64,000 nt of DNA from contig OZ241986.1 of assembly GCA_965204375.1 (NCBI GenBank), positions 6,144,001 to 6,208,000 on the forward strand. The letters run 5' to 3'. This stretch comes from Candidatus Latescibacterota bacterium (GTDB lineage: Bacteria; Latescibacterota; UBA2968). The position numbers and the translations under genes were made by a program. Positions within the stretch are counted from its first letter, which is position 1, and each line of letters begins with the position of its first letter. The notes under the pieces are model-generated. The model saw only the letters and a list, made by a program, of their open reading frames with translations, was not told the DNA's origin and made no database searches. Of the stretch, positions 29,191 to 39,005 are shown in pieces.

Positions 29191-29613
29191 CTACGGCACG
29201 GGGCGGTAAACGTCTTCAAACGCTTCGCGGGTTTTTGCTTCTAACGCGGCGATCATCTCCTCGGGATCCTTGTAATTCTGGATAGCAATATATCTGTGCG
29301 ATTGAAAGCCGGCTGGGTCGTGTTCAAACCCCGTGTCACTCGACACTGTGTACAAAATCGCGCTTCCGTCTGCGAATTGATAGACGTATGTCTTGATACT
29401 ATAACTCTCCGAAATCATATCAGGAAGTCGCGTATTAACGGCACTGATAACGTCGGCCATATTGGGATAGTCAGCGTACTGCTCCATATCGGGAAATCGC
29501 GCAACAACGGCATTGATAACGCTGCTCAACATGTCCTCATTGTTCTGATGATCCTCGCAGATCTGCGAGGCAATCGTGCTACTCGGCTCGCGTGCATCTC
29601 CTTGAATGCTCAT
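29191..29613 (-). CDS. Hypothetical protein with internal duplication
   Basis: RBS AAAGGAG; VINAVVARFPDM / VISAVNTRLPDM repeat. Confidence 0.6.
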   Translation of the reverse strand: MSIQGDAREPSSTIASQICEDHQNNEDMLSSVINAVVARFPDMEQYADYPNMADVISAVNTRLPDMISESYSIKTYVYQFADGSAILYTVSSDTGFEHDPAGFQSHRYIAIQNYKDPEEMIAALEAKTREAFEDVYRPVP

Positions 29614-29717
29614 AGTGCGTCTCCTTTCAGTTGTGTGCATCTTCGGACGCGTTTAGGATATTCATGGTTCTATTCTTTTTGTTATATACAATAGTGCAGA
29701 AGATGGTTTGAATCGCT

Positions 29718-30743
29718 TTATGATTCAGCAACATATCTATGATGCCCGTTCAAAGATAGATACCATTTCGGAGTAATGATAGTAGTAAAAATGCAGACTT
29801 CTGACCAATAGTTCTCAAAATTGAATAACATATCTTTTGTCTGTTTCCTTTTCAATAACTGCGAAAGGAAGGCAGATATATCGTCATAGAGATACAGCCA
29901 TATCTCGTCATATTTATCATTGTTACCCTTGCGTTGTCCTAATTTCTTCATGCACTTTTTCTTTTTTTGGTAGATAGCTGCCTGAATGTGCTTCTTCAGG
30001 AGAGCAAGTTCCTTGTCCACAAGTTCTGCGCCTTCACTAATGTTCCATAAAGGATTTTTGTCAAACAATTTTTCATTAGAAACGGGGACTGTCCCTTGGA
30101 AAGGCAAGCAATATATGCCAAGATCAAATCCTTCATCTATTTCAATACTGTAACCGAAATCTGTCTTTTCGATACTACCCTTGTCAATTCTGATACGACA
30201 ACAATTTCCAGCCCAAAAACGGTTTAATTGCCACAATTCGTAAGTGGTTTCTCCAAGAGTATCCTTTACGATACTAAAATCTAATTTTTCTCCTTGAGAA
30301 AAAAACCTTTCCCTTCGGACTTCTGGCAATTTGAAAATCACCTTAAGTCCTTGTGTAACGATTTTTGGGATGTCGTCTTTTATGGCATTAAATATTTCCC
30401 TGGTGGTATCCATACTGTCTTTAAAATCTTGATATGTTACGTTTATAAAAAACCGTCTTGTTTCACCTTTATTCCGAATATCGCGGGCATATTTTTTTTC
30501 AAACGTTTCTAAACAAGGCTTGATAGTCTTAGCCAAGTTATCTTTAAGCCAAAGATGATCTGTACCATCATCCATTTTTTTTGTAATACGCATGACTTCA
30601 ATGCCGATTTGCTTTCCATTCCACTCAAATTCTAAATCAGGGGGATCATTGCCATTCGTGTTTTGTCTGATGCATACATTCAATAGTTCTTCGAGTTTGT
30701 CCTTCAAAAAAATTTCAGGCTCAAAATTATCATAACTTGACAT
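29718..30743 (-). CDS. AT-rich hypothetical protein, PD-(D/E)xK-like
   Basis: DPPDLEFEWNGKQIGIEV; C-terminal KKKK...YDEIWLYLYD. Confidence 0.55.
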   Translation of the reverse strand: MSSYDNFEPEIFLKDKLEELLNVCIRQNTNGNDPPDLEFEWNGKQIGIEVMRITKKMDDGTDHLWLKDNLAKTIKPCLETFEKKYARDIRNKGETRRFFINVTYQDFKDSMDTTREIFNAIKDDIPKIVTQGLKVIFKLPEVRRERFFSQGEKLDFSIVKDTLGETTYELWQLNRFWAGNCCRIRIDKGSIEKTDFGYSIEIDEGFDLGIYCLPFQGTVPVSNEKLFDKNPLWNISEGAELVDKELALLKKHIQAAIYQKKKKCMKKLGQRKGNNDKYDEIWLYLYDDISAFLSQLLKRKQTKDMLFNFENYWSEVCIFTTIITPKWYLSLNGHHRYVAES

Positions 30744-30809
30744 CGTATTTCCCTGTAAACGGATGAAACATTGTCGGCACTAATTGTATATAATTCTCTT
30801 TGTGCAATA

Positions 30810-32273
30810 CTATGTTGGATCTTCTGGTAATTGTGAGAAGTCAAATTCGTTTACTTCGTCGATGTCTGGTGAAAATGGGGGGATGGCGTGGGGGATATGG
30901 CTGTGTCCACAGCGAGAGATGAGTGCTCGAGCGCGCGCTTGTTGTTCGGCTTGTTTCAACATATCATCGGCAGACCAGCGTGCAAAGATTTTTTCGAGGC
31001 CCGATTGGATCACGTCCTGGTATCGAGGATCATTGGATAGGTCGCGGCGTTCTTCTGGGTCTTCGTCGATGTTGAACAATTGGCAGGAGTCAAATTCGGA
31101 GTAGTAGTTCAATTTCCACGGTCCCGTGCGGAGCATGCACGCGGGCTGGTCGCCGAGTAAGCCGATGTATTCTGCAAAGACTTCATTGGGCCAATCGGAT
31201 GGTGGATCGCCTGTGAGGAATGATGCAAAGCTTTTGCCCGAGACATCGGGCATGGGGTCTGCGCCCGCAATGTCCAGAGCCGTGGGGCCTGCGTCGATGA
31301 GGCTGACGATGGCATCTTCTGTGCGGTTTTCGTGAATATGGCCCGGCCATGAGCAGATCATGGGAATGCCCACAGAGCCTTCGTAAAAACTGCTTTTCCA
31401 CCACATGCCGTGTTCATGGGCCATGTCGCCGTGGTCCGAGGTGTAGATGATGACGGTGTTGTCTGCATTAGAGGAGGATTGTACGGTTTGGATAATCTGA
31501 CCGATGTATCGGTCGAGTTCGGTCGTCAGGCCGTAATAAGCGGCCAATCCGCGACGATTCTGTTCTGGGGTGATGTCTTCAACGCCGCGTCGCTCGCGCC
31601 ATTTTTTCATGGCCGGATGCAGGGCGTTTAAGTATTCGGGCGATTCGGGTTCGAGCGGTGGGATTTGCGCCATGTAATACTCGAAGTCTTCTCTGTCGCA
31701 GATCAGGGGATTGTGCGGGTTCATGTAGCCGACGACGAGGGCATAAGGTCTGTCGCTGTTTTGCCGGTCGGCGATGAATTTGCAGGCTGTTTCGGTGACG
31801 GATTTGTCAAAGTAGCGATAACCTGTTTCGCCATAGCCGGATACTTGGACGCCGTATTTGGTCTGTCCCGTTGTGCGGTTGTATCCAGAGCCGAGAATTT
31901 CTGCGGATAGCCCGCCGCAGTCGGCGTGGATGCGTTTTTCAAAGCCGTGGAATTGGTCGGGGTTTCTAAAGTGCATGCGACCGCATAGTACGGCTTCGTA
32001 TCCCGCCGCGCCATAAGCATGGGCAAATGTGGGGGTGTCAAAAGACAGGCTGCCGCTGTTGTCATAGACGCCCACATCGCTGGGGTACTGCGCGGACATA
32101 AAGCCCGACCGCGAAGGCGCACAGAGGGGATAGGGGCAATACGCATTGCGAAACCGGATTCCACGACGCGCGAGCGTATCTAAATTGGGCGTTTGTACAA
32201 TGGGATTTCCCGCACATCCCATCGCATGGGGATTGTGCTGGTCGGAGATGATGATGATTATGTTGGGAGTCAT
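30810..32273 (-). CDS. Sulfatase (S1, Cys-type)
   Basis: PNIIIIISDQH, CAPSR, GRMH, SDHG; start MTPN at 32273. Confidence 0.92.
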   Translation of the reverse strand: MTPNIIIIISDQHNPHAMGCAGNPIVQTPNLDTLARRGIRFRNAYCPYPLCAPSRSGFMSAQYPSDVGVYDNSGSLSFDTPTFAHAYGAAGYEAVLCGRMHFRNPDQFHGFEKRIHADCGGLSAEILGSGYNRTTGQTKYGVQVSGYGETGYRYFDKSVTETACKFIADRQNSDRPYALVVGYMNPHNPLICDREDFEYYMAQIPPLEPESPEYLNALHPAMKKWRERRGVEDITPEQNRRGLAAYYGLTTELDRYIGQIIQTVQSSSNADNTVIIYTSDHGDMAHEHGMWWKSSFYEGSVGIPMICSWPGHIHENRTEDAIVSLIDAGPTALDIAGADPMPDVSGKSFASFLTGDPPSDWPNEVFAEYIGLLGDQPACMLRTGPWKLNYYSEFDSCQLFNIDEDPEERRDLSNDPRYQDVIQSGLEKIFARWSADDMLKQAEQQARARALISRCGHSHIPHAIPPFSPDIDEVNEFDFSQLPEDPT

Positions 32274-32276
32274 GAT

Positions 32277-32397
32277 GAAGTGTGAGGTGAGAAGTGTGAG
32301 GTGAGAAGTAAAATGCAACCACAGGAATGTAGCCTACAATGATCACAGCTTGCAATCCTTTAATCCTGAAAATCCTTTAATCCTGAAAATCCTGATC
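32277..32397. repeat. GA(A/G)GTNN heptamer x5 (32277-32311) and alternating AATCCTTT/AATCCTGAA units (32354-32395)
   Basis: Direct reading of the intergenic region. Confidence 0.85.
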
Positions 32398-33105
32398 CTA
32401 TTTTCGATCATTCCCGTTATACAGTCCTTCCCCTCGTACGAGCAGGCGTTTGGGGTTGGGAATGTCCATGAGTTCATCGACGCTGTGATAGCCAACCGTC
32501 ATGCTCATGCGCGTGTCGTCGGTGTGGTTTTCGCCTGCGCCGTGGACGACCATGCTGTCGATTGCGAGCATGCCACCTGCGGGCATGGGTACGGGGAGTG
32601 CTTGACCGAGGACATCGCTTGCCCAGTCTGCATCGTGAATAGATGTGGAGACGCCGGGGAAGTGATGCGATCCGGGTACAATGCGGGTGCATCCATTTTC
32701 AAGGGTGGTTTCTTCGAGGTAAAAGATGATGGTGTAGATGTTGCGCGTCCACTGTCTGACATCGCGATGAAGATACGCGCCTTTGTTTTCCTCTGCCGTG
32801 CGTAAGGTGGCGTGGTTGTGGCGGTTGGTGAGGATTTCGATATTGGGTCCCAGAAGCGATTCGAGCGGGTCGAGCGCGTATGGATGTGTGACTGCTTCTC
32901 GAAAGATCGATGCGCGGTCTATAAGATCAGAGATACGCACGGCGCGGCCATTCTTATTGCGTACGATGGGTTCGGCTTCGCGTTCGATGTCTTCCATGAT
33001 CGCGGTCTTCAGGTTTTCAACCATTTCTTCTGGCAAACGGTCTGGAAGACAGAGAAAACCGTTGTTTCGAAAGAGTTGGATTTGTCGCATTGTGAGTGAG
33101 GGCAT
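32398..33105 (-). CDS. PhyH-family Fe(II)/2-oxoglutarate dioxygenase (HxD...H)
   Basis: NGF, LHRD, ENGCTRIVPGSH, VHGAGEN...R. Confidence 0.9.
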   Translation of the reverse strand: MPSLTMRQIQLFRNNGFLCLPDRLPEEMVENLKTAIMEDIEREAEPIVRNKNGRAVRISDLIDRASIFREAVTHPYALDPLESLLGPNIEILTNRHNHATLRTAEENKGAYLHRDVRQWTRNIYTIIFYLEETTLENGCTRIVPGSHHFPGVSTSIHDADWASDVLGQALPVPMPAGGMLAIDSMVVHGAGENHTDDTRMSMTVGYHSVDELMDIPNPKRLLVRGEGLYNGNDRK

Positions 33106-33108
33106 GTC

Positions 33109-33858
33109 CTACTCCTGGGCGGGAAGCGAATAGGGATGTGGATGTCCTGTATAGACTTTTTCGCCGCGTACGAGAACTTTTTCCGGGTCGTCTTTGATCA
33201 CGTCGTGGGCGTCGTGGGCGCGATAGGCAACCGTCATGCTGCGGCGAGAATGATCGGAACAATTTGTGTCAGATCCGTGATAACAGCAGTCGTTAAAGAG
33301 GAGGACACCACCGCGCGGCATGGGGATTGGCACCGCGCGGTAATAGTTGTCGCTGTCGTAAAAATTGTCTCTTTGTTTCTGTGGCCGGCGCGGGTTGAGA
33401 AATGGTCGGTTGTGGCTGCCGGGCACGATGCGTACACAGCCGTTTTCAACGGTTGATTCTTCGAGGTAGATCAAGCCGGTGATGAGCGTGTGGTCATAGG
33501 GTTCTTCACCAGCGTGCCAGGGGACGGGATAAGATCCGGAGGGACGCACCATGACGTGGTTGTGTTTGTTGGTGAGTACTTCGATGTTTGGACCGATGAT
33601 GCCTTCGAGGGCGTTGAGGATGATGGGGTGTGACGCGGCTTCAAAATAGGCGGGGTCTCGTAAGAAAATTTTTGAGAGACGGCGAACATTTTTCGGTTCT
33701 CGATCCCCTTTTTCTTCCCAAACGATGGGTTCGCGCATGTCTGCGATTTGCCGGGAGGTGACCTCGTTTAGACGATCGACAAGGTCGCCGGGCAGGGTTT
33801 CGCGGACTTTGTAAAATCCAGTGGTTTTGAAATACCAGAGGTCTTCTTCTGTGATCAT
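33109..33858 (-). CDS. PhyH-family Fe(II)/2OG enzyme with HxG motif, candidate halogenase
   Basis: WHAG (H115-A-G117), ENGCVRIVPGSH, YHGS (H194), SRR. Confidence 0.85.
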   Translation of the reverse strand: MITEEDLWYFKTTGFYKVRETLPGDLVDRLNEVTSRQIADMREPIVWEEKGDREPKNVRRLSKIFLRDPAYFEAASHPIILNALEGIIGPNIEVLTNKHNHVMVRPSGSYPVPWHAGEEPYDHTLITGLIYLEESTVENGCVRIVPGSHNRPFLNPRRPQKQRDNFYDSDNYYRAVPIPMPRGGVLLFNDCCYHGSDTNCSDHSRRSMTVAYRAHDAHDVIKDDPEKVLVRGEKVYTGHPHPYSLPAQE

Positions 33859-33874
33859 GTTGTGATATCCTTTA

Positions 33875-35203
33875 TTATCTCGGGTCCATTACTCGCCCGA
33901 CAAACAGGGTGGTACTGGTCGCTATGTCTCGAATGAGGAAGATGAATGGCCGATCGACCGCGACCACGATCGACGGTGGGGGCGCAGATTCTATCCCTAT
34001 GACTACGGCGGTAGCTGCTGCGGCTTCTGTGCCCTTTTCATCTACGAGGACAAATGCCTTGTGAAACGCATCAAAAATGTACAGATCTTTTGTTCCATCC
34101 ATGCCCGAGAAGTCCGCTAATTGCGGATCAAAGGCGTCTGACATTCCCATCTTCTTGAGCGTTGCGCCCAGCGGGAATTGGGCTTCAAACTCGAATGAGG
34201 GCATTGTGAGTGCTACGTGCTCAGGTCTCAGGTCTTTCGAAATCTGACTGACGAGTTCGGCGTTTAACGAATTTTCGAATGGATCAAAATTGTCTTTGTC
34301 GGGGAGCAGAATGACCATGGATATTTCACTGCCGTCGTAGGGCAATTCCACGGCTTGATATCCCGTGCCCTTCGCATAGCCGGATAGCTGGGGCTCGGTC
34401 TGTCGCATCATCGGTACTTTGATGCTGTTGCCAGTAAGCAAATGGAAGTCGCCTTCAGCCGTGGCTTTTTCGTCGAAGGGGTAGAGCCACGCCGCGTTGA
34501 AGTAGATGGCATTGGTGAGGACTAATCGGGTCAAGATGTTGATAGCATCGGGTGGGATCAAGTCTTTGATCTTGTCTTCCGTCTGATGGGCGACCCAGTC
34601 GTTGATTGTGAGGCGCGAGTCTTCAGGTGCTTCAATGAAGTTTGCGATCCTCATTCCAGCACCGTAATTTTCCGCCAGTTTGTCCAGAAAGTTCTGCAGG
34701 AAGTCATAGCCCTGTTGGCCCCAGATCGCATTGGTAATGTTCAATCGAAATTCCTTGCCATCCTGGCCACTGCTCCCTTCGCCGCGAGAAGCGAGTTGGA
34801 GATCAAGGGCGTTGAACGCGGGGTGCAACTTGTCCTGGGACAGGGTGAAGTGTAGTGCGTTTGACATCTGGCGTTCGGTTTCGCCTCTGGTACCGGCATA
34901 GGTCATCGCAAGTGCCAACGAGATGCTGTAGGGCGAATAGAACAGGTTCCCACTTTCTGCCTCGCGCAAATTTTGATAGAGGTCGAAGGCGAAGTCGTTG
35001 TTTCCGCGTACCAGGTCTGATAGTTCTGAATCTGTCGCCAGAGGTACGGTTACTCGCGTCTTTGCTGATCGCACTTCTTGTGTCTCAGGGGCCGTGGGGG
35101 GTGATACCTGACCGCATCCGAGTAGTGCGATTAATAGTATTATAGCAGGTAGGTTGGTGAAGCGGGAAAATTCCATTCTATATGGCTTTTGTGTCGTTTT
35201 CAT
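33875..35203 (-). CDS. Serpin, predicted lipoprotein
   Basis: Lipobox LLGC; NLFYSPYSI, NAIYF, VPMM, hinge EKGTEAAAAT, DRPFIFLI. Confidence 0.93.
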   Translation of the reverse strand: MKTTQKPYRMEFSRFTNLPAIILLIALLGCGQVSPPTAPETQEVRSAKTRVTVPLATDSELSDLVRGNNDFAFDLYQNLREAESGNLFYSPYSISLALAMTYAGTRGETERQMSNALHFTLSQDKLHPAFNALDLQLASRGEGSSGQDGKEFRLNITNAIWGQQGYDFLQNFLDKLAENYGAGMRIANFIEAPEDSRLTINDWVAHQTEDKIKDLIPPDAINILTRLVLTNAIYFNAAWLYPFDEKATAEGDFHLLTGNSIKVPMMRQTEPQLSGYAKGTGYQAVELPYDGSEISMVILLPDKDNFDPFENSLNAELVSQISKDLRPEHVALTMPSFEFEAQFPLGATLKKMGMSDAFDPQLADFSGMDGTKDLYIFDAFHKAFVLVDEKGTEAAAATAVVIGIESAPPPSIVVAVDRPFIFLIRDIATSTTLFVGRVMDPR

Positions 35204-35419
35204 TTTAGCCTCCTTGCCCCGGCTATTGTCCCCATGGATGGATACAGAAAAATTATCTTAAATTGCTGTGTAAATCAAGGTTTATTGTTCGCGATGCTCC
35301 AGGGGAACACATTTTGCCCAATCTGGATGCTCTCGTTTTTTCTATGAGTTACGAAAAAAATGTAGTATATTGAAACCATCAGAAGTTCTTTGTTTTTCAT
35401 TTTGTGAAAGGATAGCTGT

Positions 35420-37255
35420 ATGCCCAACGCGTTGCTTGTATATCCAAAGAATCCGGTGACGTTCTGGAGTTTTGATGAGGCTTTGAGGTTGGTTGGAAAG
35501 AAGTCTGCTTTTCCGCCTTTGGGGTTGTTGACGATTGCCGGTATGATGCCCGAGCACTACAGTTTGCGCGTGGTGGATGTGAATGTGCATCCACTGACAG
35601 ATGAAGATCTGGATTGGGCAGATGTTGTGATTACATCGTCGATGATTATTCACTGGCATTCCCTCGAAGAGATTATTGCTCAGTGCAATGTCGCAGGTGT
35701 GCCTGTGCTCAATGGCGGCCCGCTTCCCACGCAGTATTGCGAAGATATTGAGGGAGATGCGGTCTTTTATCTGGGCGAGGCAGAGAATGGCTTTATGGAT
35801 GTGGTCGATCGTTTGGTGGCCGAGCCTTATAAGGGGGGGCGAGAGTACATTGATCGGCGAGGTGAATTTCAAAGTCTCACAACCACACCGCTTCCGAACT
35901 GGGATCTGATCAATTTTGACGATTATACAGTGATGGTGATTCAGATTACAAGGGGTTGTCCCGAAAGTTGCACATTTTGCAATATCCCCGCGCTTTACGG
36001 CAAGATAACGCGTTTGAAAAATAGCAGCCGCGTGGTTCAGGAACTGGACGCGCTTTACGATAGAGGCTGGCGCGGCTCGGTTATGGCGGTTGATGACAAT
36101 TTTGTTGGCAACCGCGAAGAGATTCGAGAAACACTGGAAGAAGAGGTGGTTCCCTGGCAAAGGGAACGCGGGTATCCTTTCCAGCTCTTTACACAGGCCA
36201 GCATTCGCGTGAGTGATGATCCCGCGTTGTTAGAGGCGATGTACCTCGCTGGATTTGATAAAATTTTTGCGGGGATTGAATCGCCAGTGGAAGAAAGCCT
36301 GAAGTTTATGGGCGCGCAAAAGAATTTGCAGGGTGATACGCCTTTGCTGGACAAAGTGAAGATTCTGCAAGACTATGGCATGGAAGTTCAGGCTGGCTTT
36401 ATTATGGGCCTGGATACAGATCCAGATGATATTGCCGATCGCATGATTGCGTTTATCAGAGAAGCGGGTATTCCGGTGGCTATGGTGGGGGTTTTGGGCG
36501 TGCTGCGCGACACGCCCGACTTCAAGCGCTACAAGCGGTTGGGTCGCCTGCGTGAAGACGTAAAATATACGGGTGATTCGGGTATTTTCAGTCGGGAGTT
36601 GAGTTATGTGCCTATCATTGATCCCGACGAACTGCTGGCGCGCCATCGCAAGGTTCTCGAAACGCTGAACAGTCCAGAGATTTTCTTTGAACGCTGCCGC
36701 ACGCATTATGCACATCGCGCGCGCAGGCCGATTCCGTCAATGCCAATTGGTTGGACGGAACTCAGGGCTGGATTGCGCTCTTTTTGGCACCAGGGAGTGG
36801 TCGGGACTTATCGGTGGACGTTCTGGAAGTTTATGGCTCACATGCTCTTGCACCATCCCCGCGATTTTGGCGATGGCATACGCATGTCCATTCATGGCCG
36901 TCATTTGATTCTCACCACGCGCGATGCTCTACAGGTCGATGAGGTGCAGACATTTTTGGATGAGGCGCTGGATCATCTGAAGCGTTTTAGCGAGGGATAT
37001 AAAGAGGTGAGTGTCGGTGATTACGCGAGCAAGTTGATGCACGCCCTGCACGGGCGGTTTGATCATTTCCAAGACGATTATCGCACTTTACAACACAATG
37101 CTGAGGTGATGTTGAAGGCGGCTCAGGAATACTGCGAGTTGATCCGCGAAGAATTTCGCCACCAGGTTGCAGAACCTCTCGAGCGTTTCCAACAAGAGAT
37201 TGAAGCCATTCTCGACTCATATCCCACACAAAGCAGTTTGCAACCTGCTCGGTAG
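35420..37255 (+). CDS. B12-binding radical SAM protein (HpnP/DUF4070-like)
   Basis: PPLGLLTIA, GGP, RGCPESCTFC, VDDNF, GIES. Confidence 0.88.
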   Translation: MPNALLVYPKNPVTFWSFDEALRLVGKKSAFPPLGLLTIAGMMPEHYSLRVVDVNVHPLTDEDLDWADVVITSSMIIHWHSLEEIIAQCNVAGVPVLNGGPLPTQYCEDIEGDAVFYLGEAENGFMDVVDRLVAEPYKGGREYIDRRGEFQSLTTTPLPNWDLINFDDYTVMVIQITRGCPESCTFCNIPALYGKITRLKNSSRVVQELDALYDRGWRGSVMAVDDNFVGNREEIRETLEEEVVPWQRERGYPFQLFTQASIRVSDDPALLEAMYLAGFDKIFAGIESPVEESLKFMGAQKNLQGDTPLLDKVKILQDYGMEVQAGFIMGLDTDPDDIADRMIAFIREAGIPVAMVGVLGVLRDTPDFKRYKRLGRLREDVKYTGDSGIFSRELSYVPIIDPDELLARHRKVLETLNSPEIFFERCRTHYAHRARRPIPSMPIGWTELRAGLRSFWHQGVVGTYRWTFWKFMAHMLLHHPRDFGDGIRMSIHGRHLILTTRDALQVDEVQTFLDEALDHLKRFSEGYKEVSVGDYASKLMHALHGRFDHFQDDYRTLQHNAEVMLKAAQEYCELIREEFRHQVAEPLERFQQEIEAILDSYPTQSSLQPAR

Positions 37256-37275
37256 GACGCGCTGCGATACAAAAC

Positions 37276-37349
37276 AAAAGCCCGGTATCATAAAAGATAT
37301 CGGGCTTTTATTTTTTTAACCACAAAGCCGGAGACACTGTCTTCGGCTT
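37276..37349. terminator. Two hairpins between the convergent radical SAM gene and trxA
   Basis: AAAAGCCCG...CGGGCTTTTATTTTTTT (37276-37317) and AAGCCGGAGACA-C-TGTCTTCGGCTT (37325-37349). Confidence 0.75.
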
Positions 37350-37356
37350 CTCAGTT

Positions 37357-37683
37357 TTAAGCGAGCACAGCTTTGAGTTTGTCTTCTATCGCGCTTTTGG
37401 GAACAGCGCCAATAAGCTGATCTGCCTGTTTGCCGTCTTTAAAGATGAGCAGTGTAGGGATGCTGCGAATGCCAAACCCCTGTGCTGTCTGCTGGGCGTG
37501 ATCCACATCGACTTTGCAGATTTTAACGCGACCGTCGTATTCGCGAGCGAGTTCTTCAATGCTGGGGGCAATCATGCGGCACGGACCGCACCACGTTGCC
37601 CAGAAATCCACGAGCACCGGAAGATCGGAATCGACAACTTCTGTTTGGAAATTTTCATCTGTAACATTCAATGGACTTCCCAC
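37357..37683 (-). CDS. trxA: Thioredoxin
   Basis: DFWATWCGPC, SIPT; GTG start after AAAGGAG. Confidence 0.95.
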   Translation of the reverse strand: MGSPLNVTDENFQTEVVDSDLPVLVDFWATWCGPCRMIAPSIEELAREYDGRVKICKVDVDHAQQTAQGFGIRSIPTLLIFKDGKQADQLIGAVPKSAIEDKLKAVLA

Positions 37684-37754
37684 TTTGAGACTCCTTTCAG
37701 GTTGGGTTTTGTTCTGATGAGAATGTGCTAAACTACCAGATTTGTATGGGGTTG

Positions 37755-38780
37755 TCAAGGGGATGCGCGGCAGATTCGGTAGGCCAGGTGAGCGAGAATT
37801 TCGTGTGGTGTCCCGCCGCTGGACTTGAGGCGATTGTCTGCATCGAGAAGGGCATCATGGGCATTCCAGAGTGCTCGTTCGTCGAATAGACGGGCCTGAT
37901 CGAGGTAGTTATTGAGAAAAAAAGCGGGTACTTTGAGGCGAGAAGCCATTGCATTTCTGGGTAGGCGCTGGCCCGATATCCATCGCGCGCGCCGCAGAAT
38001 TCCAAAGTGACGGACGAGTAGTGCGATCGTGCCGGCAGGGTGTTCTCCCTGTTCGCAGAGCCGTCCAATGAGGACCTGTGCTTTGTCCAACTGACGGTGT
38101 CCGAGTGCGTCGGCGAGTTCAAAAACCGTGACCCCCCGCGTGTTGTCGATCACCTGAGCGACATCTTCGCGCGAGATTGGATTGGATGGGGTAGCGATAA
38201 AGAGTTTTTCGATTTCGCCGTTCAATTCGCGCAGATTTGACCCAATGCTCATGTGGAGCAGGTGAGCCGCGTCGGGCGCGATTTGCCTACCCATAGTTTT
38301 GACATGTGTCTGGATCCAGGCCGGGATTTCATTGTCGTAGGGCGGGCGAAATTCGATTGCAGTCGCGCGTTTTCTGAGTTCGGCAAATAGTTTTTTGCGT
38401 CCATCGGGTTTGGTGGCTGTGATGATTATGGTCGTTGTTTCGGGTGGGGATTCGATGAGGGGCAAGAGTTCGGGGGTGGCTGAATCGAGTAAGCGGTCGG
38501 CGTTTTTGAGGACAATCAGGCGGCGTTGCGCCATCATTGGAAAGGTGAGTGCTTGTGCAATGAGCTGCGAAATATCGAGGTCTTCGGCGCGATAGATGTC
38601 GAGGTTGAAGGGGCGCGCTGCAGGCTCAATGAGGGTTTCAACGAGGGCGTTGAGAAGCTGATCGCGTTGGAAATCTTCCTCCCCGTAGAAATAGTAGAGA
38701 GATGAGATTTCGCCTTTTTGGGCGGCATCGAGAACCTGAGCTGGCGATGGGCCAGTTTTGCGAGGACGTCGGGTAGCCAT
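37755..38780 (-). CDS. holA: DNA polymerase III delta subunit
   Basis: YYFYGEE, FPMMAQRRL, EIEKL, VFELADA. Confidence 0.88.
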   Translation of the reverse strand: MATRRPRKTGPSPAQVLDAAQKGEISSLYYFYGEEDFQRDQLLNALVETLIEPAARPFNLDIYRAEDLDISQLIAQALTFPMMAQRRLIVLKNADRLLDSATPELLPLIESPPETTTIIITATKPDGRKKLFAELRKRATAIEFRPPYDNEIPAWIQTHVKTMGRQIAPDAAHLLHMSIGSNLRELNGEIEKLFIATPSNPISREDVAQVIDNTRGVTVFELADALGHRQLDKAQVLIGRLCEQGEHPAGTIALLVRHFGILRRARWISGQRLPRNAMASRLKVPAFFLNNYLDQARLFDERALWNAHDALLDADNRLKSSGGTPHEILAHLAYRICRASP

Positions 38781-38807
38781 GTTCTGTGTTATCCGGGGAA
38801 TCTGAGT

Positions 38808-38993
38808 CTAAAGATCTTTGAAGTCCGCGTCTTGAATTTGTGAATCGTCAATGTCGCGCCGTGGTTTTTTTTCCGATGATGTGCGTGTGGTCGAGCGCAT
38901 GATCATGGCGCGGAACAGGCCACCGACAAAACGAAAAAATAGGACCAGCGCAAGGGCAATGAAAAATATACGAAGCAACATGGGTGTCTCCAT
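38808..38993 (-). CDS. Small single-TM hypothetical protein
   Basis: Hydrophobic N-terminus, acidic tail IQDADFKDL; co-directional and tightly packed. Confidence 0.65.
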   Translation of the reverse strand: METPMLLRIFFIALALVLFFRFVGGLFRAMIMRSTTRTSSEKKPRRDIDDSQIQDADFKDL

Positions 38994-39005
38994 AGCCTTA
39001 ATGGG

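Noticed and set aside
37357-37683. Selenocysteine recoding in trxA or TlpA
   Set aside because: Both have ordinary CxxC codons and no in-frame TGA
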